Shown here one piece after another: positions 39,023 to 48,021 of a stretch of DNA of 64,000 nt. The notes beneath the pieces were generated by a model. The model was given only the letters and a program-made list of their open reading frames with translations. It searched no databases and was not told the origin of the DNA. The position numbers and the translations under genes are program-made. Origin of the DNA: an uncultured Planctomycetota bacterium (GTDB lineage Bacteria > Planctomycetota > Phycisphaerae > Tepidisphaerales > Tepidisphaeraceae); NCBI GenBank assembly GCA_963841915.1, contig CAWJEN010000003.1:209024-273023 (forward strand), in the 5' to 3' direction. The number at the start of each line of letters is the position of its first letter. The first letter of the stretch is position 1.

Positions 39023-39081
39023 TGCCGAAGTGTAACCGAACGAATGCCGGATGTTGCACCTACCGGCAGGAAGCGGGGGGA

Positions 39082-40146
39082 TCATTCCTTCTTCGGCACG
39101 ACCTCAAAGCCATGGGCCGAAGCGGCCTCCCGCAGTCGGGCGATGTCGCCGTAACCGTCGCTCGTCTCGCTGTCGACGTAGCTCTGGCGGAGCTGCACCG
39201 GCTTGCCGCGAACCTTCTTAAGCTGGATGTTGAGCATCTCAACGAGCAGGGCAAAGGCCAGCGAGAAGTAGATGTAACCCTTCGGAATCTCCTGCTCGAA
39301 GCCTTCTGCGACAAGCAGCACGCCGATGAGAATCAGGAACGACAACGCCAGGATCTTCGTGGTCGGGTGTTTCTCGACGAAACGGCTGATCGGCCCGGCA
39401 AAAACGATCATGACGACCACCGCGATAAGCACGGCCACGCACATGATGGACAGGTACTTGGCGATTCCGACGGCGGTGATGACGGAGTCGATGGAGAAAA
39501 CGAGGTCGAGCGCGAGGATCTGGGCGATGATGACGCCGAAACTCGCCGTCGCTTTGGCCGCGCCGCTTTCGTGGGCATTGCCTTCGAGCTTGTCGTGAAT
39601 CTCGTAGACGGCCTTCCCGAGCAGGAACAGGCCGCCGAGCAGGATGATGAGGTCCTTGATCGTGATGATGCCGGGGATGTGCTCGCCTCCACCTTTGTGT
39701 GCATCCGCCTCGGCCGTCTCGACCGTCAACTCCCCAGCGGCGGCCGTTGCCGTGTCATTCGACGCCGCGGCCACGTCAGCCGGTTGCACCTCAGCCGCCT
39801 CGGTCCCAAACCAGCCGGTGACGTCGATGAGCGTGTACTTGTCCGGGTCGTCCAGCGTCAGCACCCAGGCCGCCCCGAAGAGCATGAGAATCCGCATGCC
39901 CGCCGCAAGCCCGAGTCCGATCTTCTGAGCCTTTGGCCGTTGTTCTTTTGGCAGCTTCCCCGTGAGAATCGCGATGAAGACGACGTTGTCGATGCCGAGG
40001 ATGACTTCGAGCAGCGTCAGCGTCAGCAGTGACCCCAGGGCCGCGGCAGTCCAGACGCCGGAGTCGTAAAACACGACGCCGAGCGTTGGGGAGGGCACGA
40101 TCGACAGCAAGTCCGGCAGCGGCAGCAGGTCCATGCGGGGCATCAT
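39082..40146 (-). CDS. TerC family integral membrane protein
   Basis: LEVILGIDNVVFI, GGLFL..K..EIH, DLVFSIDSVITAVG, HPT.K.LAL.FL, IPKGYIYF. Confidence 0.93.
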   Translation of the reverse strand: MMPRMDLLPLPDLLSIVPSPTLGVVFYDSGVWTAAALGSLLTLTLLEVILGIDNVVFIAILTGKLPKEQRPKAQKIGLGLAAGMRILMLFGAAWVLTLDDPDKYTLIDVTGWFGTEAAEVQPADVAAASNDTATAAAGELTVETAEADAHKGGGEHIPGIITIKDLIILLGGLFLLGKAVYEIHDKLEGNAHESGAAKATASFGVIIAQILALDLVFSIDSVITAVGIAKYLSIMCVAVLIAVVVMIVFAGPISRFVEKHPTTKILALSFLILIGVLLVAEGFEQEIPKGYIYFSLAFALLVEMLNIQLKKVRGKPVQLRQSYVDSETSDGYGDIARLREAASAHGFEVVPKKE

Positions 40147-40198
40147 GCCGACCCTGACCGCTACTGCCAACTGACGACCTAGCCGCTACAATGGCTTT

Positions 40199-40885
40199 GT
40201 GCCCCTCGCCGCAGACCATCCGGGTGCGATTGACATTCCCCGCCCGCCGATTCGCCGCCGAACGCCGGCGGCGTATGTCAGCAAGGGCGTCGAACTTAGC
40301 GTCTACTACGGCATGACCATCACACCCGCTGACGTCGCACGCGTGCTCAATGCCGCACAGCTCCGCTACGTCATCGCTGGTGCGCACGCCGCCAACGCCC
40401 ACACCGGCCGGCCCAGAGCCACACAAGATGTTGATGTTTTGACAGACGCGCCGAAACAGGTAGCCGACGCATTGACGGCAGCGTTCCCGCAGCTCGAAGT
40501 GCACGACACACCCGTCGTCACACGTCTGTTCCTCGACGGCGAGGAAGCGGTCGACATCATGAAAGCCGGCCAGTCCAAGCTGTTCCGTCGTGTCGTCCGC
40601 ATGATTCAGCCGATCGACCTCGAAGGCGTGCCGGGTTACATCCCGCCGGTCGAAGGTGTGCTGGCGATGAAGTTCAACGCGATGACCTTCCTCGGTCGGC
40701 AGCTGCTCGACCGCCAGCAGGACGGCCTCGACTTCGCCCGCGTGCTTGTCGCGACGGATGAGCTAGACCTGCCTGTCGACCTCGATCTGCTTCGCGAGCT
40801 CGGCGAGCTCGTCTATGTCGGCGGCGGTGAGGAGATCATCGGGCATGCGGCGGACGTTCGGGCCGGTCGGCCTCTTTCGCTCTGA
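40199..40885 (+). CDS. Pol-beta-type nucleotidyltransferase (AbiEii/MNT-like)
   Basis: YVIAGAHA...RATQDVDV, VDIM, LAMK...R..D..D. Confidence 0.7.
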   Translation: MPLAADHPGAIDIPRPPIRRRTPAAYVSKGVELSVYYGMTITPADVARVLNAAQLRYVIAGAHAANAHTGRPRATQDVDVLTDAPKQVADALTAAFPQLEVHDTPVVTRLFLDGEEAVDIMKAGQSKLFRRVVRMIQPIDLEGVPGYIPPVEGVLAMKFNAMTFLGRQLLDRQQDGLDFARVLVATDELDLPVDLDLLRELGELVYVGGGEEIIGHAADVRAGRPLSL

Positions 40886-40894
40886 ATAGCCGTC

Positions 40895-42106
40895 TCACCG
40901 CACGCCCATCAGAATCTCGGCCGTCAGTTGATCAAGCTTCTCATAGGGAAGGTCGATCGCACCCAGCGCGTCGCGGTCGAAGTCGTGGGCCAGCAGCGCC
41001 TTGGCGTTCTTCTTCGAGAACTTGCCAGTGAACTTGCTGCTGGCGTGCGACGGATTGATCTGCTTGATCAGGCCCTGGATTTCCTTGTCCGCGTTCCAGC
41101 GGGCGGCCTTGTCCTTGAGAATCATGTACGTCCGCATGGAACCCTTGGCAAACTCAAGCACGTCGCCGTAGCCGCTTTGGCGGTACGCGTGTGAGTCGAA
41201 GTGGCGTGGGCCGTTGTACTTGTGGTCCTCCAGCAGCTTCACAAGGAAGAAGGCCGATTTGTAACTGACGCTGCCGAACCGGAAGTCCTGGTCGTAGCGG
41301 CCGAATTCCTGGTCGTTGAGGTCGATGTGGAACAGCTTCTTCTGCTCCAACGCTTGGCCGACGTGGTGGACGAAGTTCAGACCGGCCATCGACTCGTGGG
41401 CGAACTCAGGGTTCACGCCACACATCTCCGGGTAGTCGAGCGTCGGGATCAGCGCGAGGTAGCTACCCGTGACGGCAAAGTAGATGTGGCCGCGTGGCTC
41501 GTTGGGCTTGGCCTCGAAGGCGAACTTGTACCCGAAACCCTGGTCGTTGTTGTACGCGCAGAGAAAGTTGATCGCCTCGCGGAAGCGCTTGATCGACTCG
41601 GTCGGGTCTTTTGTCGCGTCGCTTTCTGTGCCTTCGCGTCCGCCCCAGAAGACGTAGGTCTTGGCACCGAACTCTGCTCCGAGCTCCATCGCCCGCATTG
41701 TCTTCTGGATAGCGTACGAGCGGACGCGTGCATCGTTGCTGGTGAACGCGCCGTCTTTGAAGACCGGATGGCCAAACAGGTTCGTCGTCGCCATCGGCAC
41801 CTTCAGGCCGTTGGCACGAAGCGCCTTCTTGAACTCCTTCTTGATGTCAGCCGCCTCGGACTCGGTGGCGTCGATCGGGATCAGGTCGTTGTCGTGGAAG
41901 TTGACGCCGTACGCGCCTGCCTCGCCGAGCAGGTCACACAGTTCGGTGACGTTCTTCTTGTGCCGCGTCGGACCGCCGAACGGGTCACCGCCGACATGGC
42001 CCACGGTCCACAGGCCAAACGTGAACTTCATCTTCGGATCGGGTGCGTACTGATCTCCACGCGCTTGTGCCGACTTGCTGCTTTTCTTCGAAACCTTTTT
42101 GGCCAT
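40895..42106 (-). CDS. xylA: Xylose isomerase (short, class I type)
   Basis: FTFGLWTVG, FHDNDL, FWGGREG, EAKPNEPR, NPEFAHE, HIDLN, DQD. Confidence 0.95.
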   Translation of the reverse strand: MAKKVSKKSSKSAQARGDQYAPDPKMKFTFGLWTVGHVGGDPFGGPTRHKKNVTELCDLLGEAGAYGVNFHDNDLIPIDATESEAADIKKEFKKALRANGLKVPMATTNLFGHPVFKDGAFTSNDARVRSYAIQKTMRAMELGAEFGAKTYVFWGGREGTESDATKDPTESIKRFREAINFLCAYNNDQGFGYKFAFEAKPNEPRGHIYFAVTGSYLALIPTLDYPEMCGVNPEFAHESMAGLNFVHHVGQALEQKKLFHIDLNDQEFGRYDQDFRFGSVSYKSAFFLVKLLEDHKYNGPRHFDSHAYRQSGYGDVLEFAKGSMRTYMILKDKAARWNADKEIQGLIKQINPSHASSKFTGKFSKKNAKALLAHDFDRDALGAIDLPYEKLDQLTAEILMGVR

Positions 42107-42212
42107 GCGGCGAGTTTGGCGACTTTGCCCGGAAACTGCAATGCGCGCTTACGCAAACGCCCGCCGCACGAGACCGTGCGGCGGGCGGATCAGCTCAAGA
42201 AATTAATCAGGC

Positions 42213-44216
42213 TCAGGCCCGGCGACCCTTAGCTTCTTCGGCCTCGGCGAAAAGCGAGGTGCTCGAGTTGGCGTTGAAGCCGAAGTTGCCACGCAGGATG
42301 GCGAAGTCGAGGATGCTCACCGTGCCGTCACCGTTGGCATCGCCCTGGCTGTAGAGGCTGCCCGACCCGAAGCCGGCACGCAGGCGGGCGAAGTCGAGGA
42401 TGCTGACCGTGCCGTCGAGGTTGAAGTCGGCGAAGGCGGTGCCGATGACGTCGCGGATCAGAACCTCGGAATCGGTGCCCTCACCGGTGCCGAGGGTGAT
42501 GACGTCATCGCCGGTCAGATCGAGGTTCTCCTGAGCCAGCAAGCTGCCACTTTGGGCGGCGACGTAGTAGGCGTCGACGTCGTCAGGCGTAACGAGGCCG
42601 TCCTTCAGGAAGGCATCACCCAGCGTGAAGCTGTGGTAGTTCTGGCCGTTGATGAAGAAGCCGTTGTTAAAGGCGTCGAGCTCTTCGTAAACGATGGTGT
42701 TCGTGTCGAGGTCGAACACGTACAGATCGCTCGTCACTGCGGGCAGGGAGCCGCCGTCACGGTCGAAGATGTAGAGCTGGTTCTTGCCACGCTCGTAGAA
42801 CGAATAACGGCCGTCCGTCACGCCGGTGTCGTCGTCGAGTGTCGGCGTGATGAAATCAGAGACGGTGTAACCGCCGGGAAGGATCTCGGTTCGGCCGTCC
42901 ATGTCGGTGTCGCCACCGGCGTAGCTGACGATGTCGCGCGTGATGACACGAAGCTCTTCCTGCGGGCCGCCGTCGACATTCGGGAAGAAGCCGCTCTCGA
43001 CGATGATGAGGTCACCGTTCTCGTCGACGTCGAACACGTCGAGTTCGCCGTCATTCGTGCCGGCGTCGACGGTCGGATCTTCGTCAAGAAGGAACTGAGC
43101 GTCCTGATTGCCATCGATGAACTGGAACTGCGCCTTCTCGAAGCTGCGAGCTGCAAAGTCGAGCTCGAAGAAGGCCAGCGTGTCACCGCCGCCGTCACGG
43201 TCAGCCGCCCAGAAGCCCTGGACGCCTTCGACGTCTGCGTAGCTGATGCCGTCAAGATCGCCTTGTGTCAGCGATCCAGCCACACCATCGAGCTCGAGCT
43301 CGCCGTCAAGTTCGAAGATCTCCCAGCTTTCGCTGTTCTCCAGGCCGTTGTAACCGCCGAGCTCGCCTGCACCGAGGCCGGCGTCACCGGGCTCGCGGGC
43401 CAGGCCCTGCGTCGCACCGACGCGCTCGATCGTGAAGATGCCGTATTCGGCCGGCTGGGACTCGTCGACATCGACCGTGTCGGGATTGTCTTCGATCTCG
43501 TCCACGGTGCGATCGAGCAGGAGCAGCTTGCCACTGTCGATGAATTCGAGTGTCCGCTCGTTGTAGAAATCGTTCGTCTGCGGGCGGGGCACCTCGGCGA
43601 TCTTGTCGACGGCACCGTCCAGGAAGACGATGTCGTTGGACGGATCGGCGTCGGTGTTGTCGCGATCAGCCGGGATGCCGAACAAGCCGGCAAAAACGCC
43701 CGGAAGCCCGGTCGGACCGTCCGGGAAGCTGCCGTAGTTGGCGTTGTAGTCGAAGCCGTCCGGGCCAACTGAAGGTACGTATAGCGCGCCTGCCGGGCGA
43801 TTGTTGCCGACAAAGTCGTTGTAAACGCTGGCAAAGTCGAAGCGGTAGACGTCGTAGTCACCAGCAACATCCTGATCGTTACCTGACGTGTTGCCTGGCG
43901 TACCGCCGTCGGTGCCGAGGAAGTATGTGTCGCCGTTGGTCGGGTTGACCGTGACGGCGGCGACTTCTTCATTACCGAAGCCGTTGGCGTCCTCATAGGC
44001 ACCAATGGAAAAGGCGGGCAGGTCGTTGAGTCCGCCGAAGCCCGGCTCGTCGATGTCGCTGACGTCGAAGTAGTTCACGCCGCGTGGCAGAACGCCGAAG
44101 TTCTGCGAGACGTTGGCGACGGCGATGAAGGTCGGGGCGCCGAAGTCGGTAGACGACAGCAGGCGACGGCCTTCGAGCGTTTCAATGACGTTGCGGTTGT
44201 TCAATTTGTTAGACAT
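42213..44216 (-). CDS. Planctomycete extracellular (LEPR-XLL) acidic protein with C-terminal dockerin-like duplicated EF-hand
   Basis: MSNKLNNRNVIETLEGRRLLS; C-terminal ADFNLDGTVSILDF..L..FG / GDANGDGTVSILDF..L..FG; GGGAGA SD upstream of ATG 44216. Confidence 0.85.
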   Translation of the reverse strand: MSNKLNNRNVIETLEGRRLLSSTDFGAPTFIAVANVSQNFGVLPRGVNYFDVSDIDEPGFGGLNDLPAFSIGAYEDANGFGNEEVAAVTVNPTNGDTYFLGTDGGTPGNTSGNDQDVAGDYDVYRFDFASVYNDFVGNNRPAGALYVPSVGPDGFDYNANYGSFPDGPTGLPGVFAGLFGIPADRDNTDADPSNDIVFLDGAVDKIAEVPRPQTNDFYNERTLEFIDSGKLLLLDRTVDEIEDNPDTVDVDESQPAEYGIFTIERVGATQGLAREPGDAGLGAGELGGYNGLENSESWEIFELDGELELDGVAGSLTQGDLDGISYADVEGVQGFWAADRDGGGDTLAFFELDFAARSFEKAQFQFIDGNQDAQFLLDEDPTVDAGTNDGELDVFDVDENGDLIIVESGFFPNVDGGPQEELRVITRDIVSYAGGDTDMDGRTEILPGGYTVSDFITPTLDDDTGVTDGRYSFYERGKNQLYIFDRDGGSLPAVTSDLYVFDLDTNTIVYEELDAFNNGFFINGQNYHSFTLGDAFLKDGLVTPDDVDAYYVAAQSGSLLAQENLDLTGDDVITLGTGEGTDSEVLIRDVIGTAFADFNLDGTVSILDFARLRAGFGSGSLYSQGDANGDGTVSILDFAILRGNFGFNANSSTSLFAEAEEAKGRRA
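42301..42416. repeat. 29-bp direct repeat (28/29 identical) encoding the two dockerin loops
   Basis: GCGAAGTCGAGGATGCT(C/G)ACCGTGCCGTC at 42301-42329 and 42388-42416. Confidence 0.8.
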
Positions 44217-44476
44217 CTGAGCGTTTCTCCCGAGCGTGTGGGGTCGTAGGACGAGTCTGCCGCCGGCCGGGGATCGGCAGACTGGCGGACGCTGACATGG
44301 TTGCCGAACAACATGAGGTTGTCGCGGCTGCTGCATGAAGAAGGCGCTAAGACCGCATGACCTGTTCCGGGGGTCGAGAGGCATGTTCCGCCTGTACCGC
44401 TTGGCTCCCGAGTCGGCCAGGCCTCGCGACAACTTGTGCACCGGCTACCTGCCCTCCGCTTCCGTAGGATCGTCGC

Positions 44477-45412
44477 TTGCTCCAGAAGGATTCACCCTCG
44501 TCCGTGACTCTAGCCCCGATCGGCCTCTTGGCCGCCGTTGGGGCCAACAGCATCTGGGGCTTCGTGCCGCTCTACTACGGGCCGTTTCTGTCGCACGTCG
44601 AGCCGTGGACCACGGTCGCTTACCGCGCGGTGCTATCGCTGCCGTTGCTGTGGCTGGCGTCGACCGTGATCCGCGAGCGGGTGCCTGATCGCAAGACACC
44701 CGCCTGGGTGTCGCCCGTGTGCGGCCTGCTGATCGGCTTCAACTGGTTGCTTTTCGTCGTGCTGGCCACCACAGGGCGAGTCATCGAAGGGTCGCTCGGC
44801 TACTTCATCACGCCGTTGCTCATGCTGGCAGCAGGCATCGTGCTGCTGGGTGAGCGGCTGACACGTCAGCAGGCAGTGGCCTTTGCCGTGGCGGGCGTGG
44901 GTGGTGTCGTCTTCGCCGTCGCTTCGTATCGCATGGGTGGCGACGGCAGTGTCGCCGGCATGATGCTCGCGATGGTGATGGCCGTCGCCGTCGCGTTCTA
45001 CGTCAGCATCCGTCGCAAATACGACGTGCCCGGCATGGTCGGGCTGCGGCGAGAGATCACCTGGCTCGTCCCGGCAGCCTTGATCTACCTCGTTCTCGCC
45101 GAGGCTCCCGGTGGCGAAGGCACACCGTTTTCGCTGCCGGTCTCGCTGGCCTTTCTGCTCGGTGCTGCCGTCCTGACGGTCATACCTTTGACGCTGTTCG
45201 GGCTGGCGACTCGCTTGTTGCCGCTACGCACGCTCGGCTTCGTCCACTACGTCGGCCCGTCGCTCCAACTGCTCTGCGGCTGGTTGCTGCTCGACGAGGT
45301 TATGACGCCGCTCCGCTGGACGGGCTTGTCGATCATCTGGATCGCCCTTGCCATCTACTCGACCGGCAAGCGGGCAAAAGTGCAACCGGCAGACCTGCAC
45401 ATCGATCCGTAG
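44477..45412 (+). CDS. rarD: EamA/DMT transporter, RarD-like
   Basis: WGFVPLY, NWLLFV, EGSLGYFITPL..LGERL, LGFVHYVGPSLQL, IWIALAIY. Confidence 0.8.
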   Translation: MLQKDSPSSVTLAPIGLLAAVGANSIWGFVPLYYGPFLSHVEPWTTVAYRAVLSLPLLWLASTVIRERVPDRKTPAWVSPVCGLLIGFNWLLFVVLATTGRVIEGSLGYFITPLLMLAAGIVLLGERLTRQQAVAFAVAGVGGVVFAVASYRMGGDGSVAGMMLAMVMAVAVAFYVSIRRKYDVPGMVGLRREITWLVPAALIYLVLAEAPGGEGTPFSLPVSLAFLLGAAVLTVIPLTLFGLATRLLPLRTLGFVHYVGPSLQLLCGWLLLDEVMTPLRWTGLSIIWIALAIYSTGKRAKVQPADLHIDP

Positions 45413-45419
45413 CAACCAC

Positions 45420-46580
45420 TTAGGCCATCGACTGCAGGCCGCGAACTTCGCCCTCGTCGTCTGACTCAGGCGCAGGGGCAGCGGTCGACGTCTTCAGCGC
45501 TCTCGCCAACTCGCGAGCCGTCAGCTCGCTGATGTGCAGCCACGTGCCGGGAGTCTTCTTCGGAGCGAACAGGTGCGCTGTAGCCAGCGACACGCGCTCA
45601 AAAGCATCGACTGCAAAGGGTCGCGGCTCTTGCTCCGCAAGCAGTTCCTTTGCCGCCTCCAGGACGGCAGAACGCGTGACCACGTCGGCATCGAGTGCGA
45701 CTGCAGCGACGAAACGAGACTGAGTCGGAGACACTGCAAACAGCTTGGCAAAGCCGTCGCCACCTGGCAGGACTGCGAGGTAACGAAACTGATCTATCGG
45801 CCTGCACAACCGCCAGTTGCCGTCGCGCAAGGCTGCGATCTTGACCGCGTACCCCTTAATGGCCGCCGCCTGCTCGAACGCGAGCGATTCCGCGGCTTCC
45901 CGCATTCGCGTCTGGAGTCGCTCCACTGCCGCCGGTGGATCAGCCAGCACAACCGCCGCTTCGCCCACGAGCGCCCGGTAAGCATCGAGCGACACACCGC
46001 CCGGCAGCCCCTCACACGGCCCGACACATCTTCCCATCTGCCGCCATTGACACGGATCGCTGTCTTTACTTGTCAAGCGTTCCCAATCCCGGCACAGGTC
46101 GAACGCCTCCTCGACCGCCCGGATGAGCTTGTCCGCATGATGCTTGTCGGCCAGCGGGCCGATGTAGATGCCCGTTTGCTTGTCGATCTTGTTCTGTCTG
46201 GTCAGGCGTGGGTAGGTCGTCTCCGGGTTGAGGTGGACGAACCAAGCCTGGTTGAAGCCGAGAACGCCGCCGTAGCTCTCGGGGAAGCAGACGCGTGCCG
46301 CTTCGAGATATGTCAGATCCTGTTCGAACGCACTGTCGACCCGCGTCCACCAGACCCGCCGGACGATGCCGGTGAGATCCGCTCGGCGCGTCGGCTCGTC
46401 TTGGATGGCGAGCCGACGCCGCAGGCTTGCCCGCAGATTCTTGACGCACAGAAGCTGAACCGGCCGGTCTTGCTCGTCGGCCAGCAGGTAGACACACCAC
46501 GCGGCCGGCACGTCAAGCGCGATCGCCTCGACACCGGCGTTCGGATCAAACTCGATCGCGTGCTCGAACAGCTCCTGCAT
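45420..46580 (-). CDS. UvrC N-terminal-half paralogue (degenerate GIY-YIG + Cys cluster + UVR domain)
   Basis: VYLL.D, KNLR, YIGP, FDLC...PC...MGRCVGPC, MREAAESLAFEQAA; no RNase H or HhH domains. Confidence 0.8.
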   Translation of the reverse strand: MQELFEHAIEFDPNAGVEAIALDVPAAWCVYLLADEQDRPVQLLCVKNLRASLRRRLAIQDEPTRRADLTGIVRRVWWTRVDSAFEQDLTYLEAARVCFPESYGGVLGFNQAWFVHLNPETTYPRLTRQNKIDKQTGIYIGPLADKHHADKLIRAVEEAFDLCRDWERLTSKDSDPCQWRQMGRCVGPCEGLPGGVSLDAYRALVGEAAVVLADPPAAVERLQTRMREAAESLAFEQAAAIKGYAVKIAALRDGNWRLCRPIDQFRYLAVLPGGDGFAKLFAVSPTQSRFVAAVALDADVVTRSAVLEAAKELLAEQEPRPFAVDAFERVSLATAHLFAPKKTPGTWLHISELTARELARALKTSTAAPAPESDDEGEVRGLQSMA

Positions 46581-46607
46581 CGTCGCGGGTAAGGCCTGCC
46601 CGATGAC

Positions 46608-47009
46608 TCAGCTCGACGGCTCGGCGAGCTTCAGCGTGACGTAATTCACAACCGCCTGCACGGTGAAGAGCTTGCTGATCTCCTCGAGATCGTCACCCGC
46701 ATTCAGCTCCGCAAAATCGGCGTGTGGCATGCGGCTCTTGAGCTCGTTGACGCCTGCCTCCGTCAGCTTGCTGTCGCGGACGAAGTCAGGATTGTTCTGC
46801 AAGTCCTCGGGCATCATGTCGCCCTTGGGAATCTTGATGTCGAAAGCCTTCTCGAGACGGAACTGGATATCGAGAAAGTCGATCGATTCGGCCCCGAGAT
46901 CATCCCGGATGACTGCATCGGGCGTGACTTCCTCGTCATCGACACTGAGCGCGTCGACGAGTACTTCACGGACCTTCTCGAAGATTTCATCCTGCGTCAT
47001 CGCTGCCAT
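46608..47009 (-). CDS. Acyl carrier protein (long planctomycete type)
   Basis: DDLGAESIDFLDI.FRLEKAF.IKIP, an insertion of about 40 aa, then TVQAVVNYV. Confidence 0.9.
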   Translation of the reverse strand: MAAMTQDEIFEKVREVLVDALSVDDEEVTPDAVIRDDLGAESIDFLDIQFRLEKAFDIKIPKGDMMPEDLQNNPDFVRDSKLTEAGVNELKSRMPHADFAELNAGDDLEEISKLFTVQAVVNYVTLKLAEPSS

Positions 47010-47021
47010 ATTGATCGCAGC

Positions 47022-47528
47022 TTAGGAAGCCAACGCCGTAGCCGCCAGCTCTGGCGAGGCGGCCGTCAAGACTTGCCATCGCCTCCGATGCGCTTCAACG
47101 AGTTGCTGGTTCGCATCGGCATGATCCGGAACGCGAAGCGACGCGAGCGTCAGCTTGCCCGTAATCGCTGTCTTTAAGCCGTCCGCCGCGTCGACCGAGC
47201 CCTCGATCTTGAACGCGTCTCCCACACGCGAGGCCTTCATCGTCAGCGTGTGACCCGGAGCGACGAAGTGCCCGTAGCGAAGGTTTCGGGCCGACTTGAG
47301 GACGGCCAGCGTGGGGCCGTCGTAGCTCTCGGCGTTCATCAGCCCAGATGCTCTAAAGACCAGCCAAGACGCCGCCTGCGTGGCGGCTTCAAGCATCATG
47401 ACGCCCGGCAGCACCGGAAACGTCGGAAAGTGGTCCGCCAGATACTCTTCTGCCAGCGACACGGACTTGGTCGCAATGATCTCGTCGTCACTGATCGAGA
47501 CGACGCGGTCGAGCAGGTGAAACTTCAC
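47022..47528 (-). CDS. FabZ/FabA-like 3-hydroxyacyl-ACP dehydratase
   Basis: F.LLDRV, KSVSLAEEYLADHFPTFPVLPGVMMLEA. Confidence 0.88.
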   Translation of the reverse strand: MKFHLLDRVVSISDDEIIATKSVSLAEEYLADHFPTFPVLPGVMMLEAATQAASWLVFRASGLMNAESYDGPTLAVLKSARNLRYGHFVAPGHTLTMKASRVGDAFKIEGSVDAADGLKTAITGKLTLASLRVPDHADANQQLVEAHRRRWQVLTAASPELAATALAS

Positions 47529-47617
47529 GCTGCCACAATAGCCGTCACGCAACAGCATTGACTTATGGCATGTGCGGCCAATGATCGCCCCCTTAGTCGG
47601 AGCTCACCCAAACAACC

Positions 47618-47941
47618 ATGTACGCGGTCATCGAAGATAGTGGAAGCCAGTTCAAGGTCTCGCAGGGCGATGTCCTGCGGATCGATCGCGTGCTCCCGGG
47701 CGAGGATGAAACCCTTCCCGAGACCATCACGTTCGACCGTGTCCTCTTCGTCGGTGGCGAGGGTGCGGCCAAGATCGGTGCTCCCGCACTGGAGGGCGCG
47801 ACCGTCACCGCAGACGTGCTTGGCCCGGTTAAGGGCAAAAAGCTTCGCGTCGTCAAGGTGAAGCGTCGCAAGGGCTACCACATCGAAAAGGGTCACCGCC
47901 AGAAGTACCTCGAGGTCAAGATCACCGGCATCAGCGCCTGA
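47618..47941 (+). CDS. rplU: 50S ribosomal protein bL21
   Basis: MYAVIEDSGSQFKV..GD, IGAP, K.K...KRRKGY...GHRQ.Y. Confidence 0.97.
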   Translation: MYAVIEDSGSQFKVSQGDVLRIDRVLPGEDETLPETITFDRVLFVGGEGAAKIGAPALEGATVTADVLGPVKGKKLRVVKVKRRKGYHIEKGHRQKYLEVKITGISA

Positions 47942-47976
47942 GTTGGTCGGCTACCTGATGTCGGACACAGAACACG

Positions 47977-48008
47977 AGACCCGCAGACGAAGGTCTGTGG
48001 GTTTTCTG
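47977..48008 (+). terminator. Intrinsic terminator after rplU
   Basis: ACCCGCAGAC-GAAG-GTCTGTGGGT followed by TTTCT. Confidence 0.75.
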
Positions 48009-48021
48009 CTGCCATAGATAC

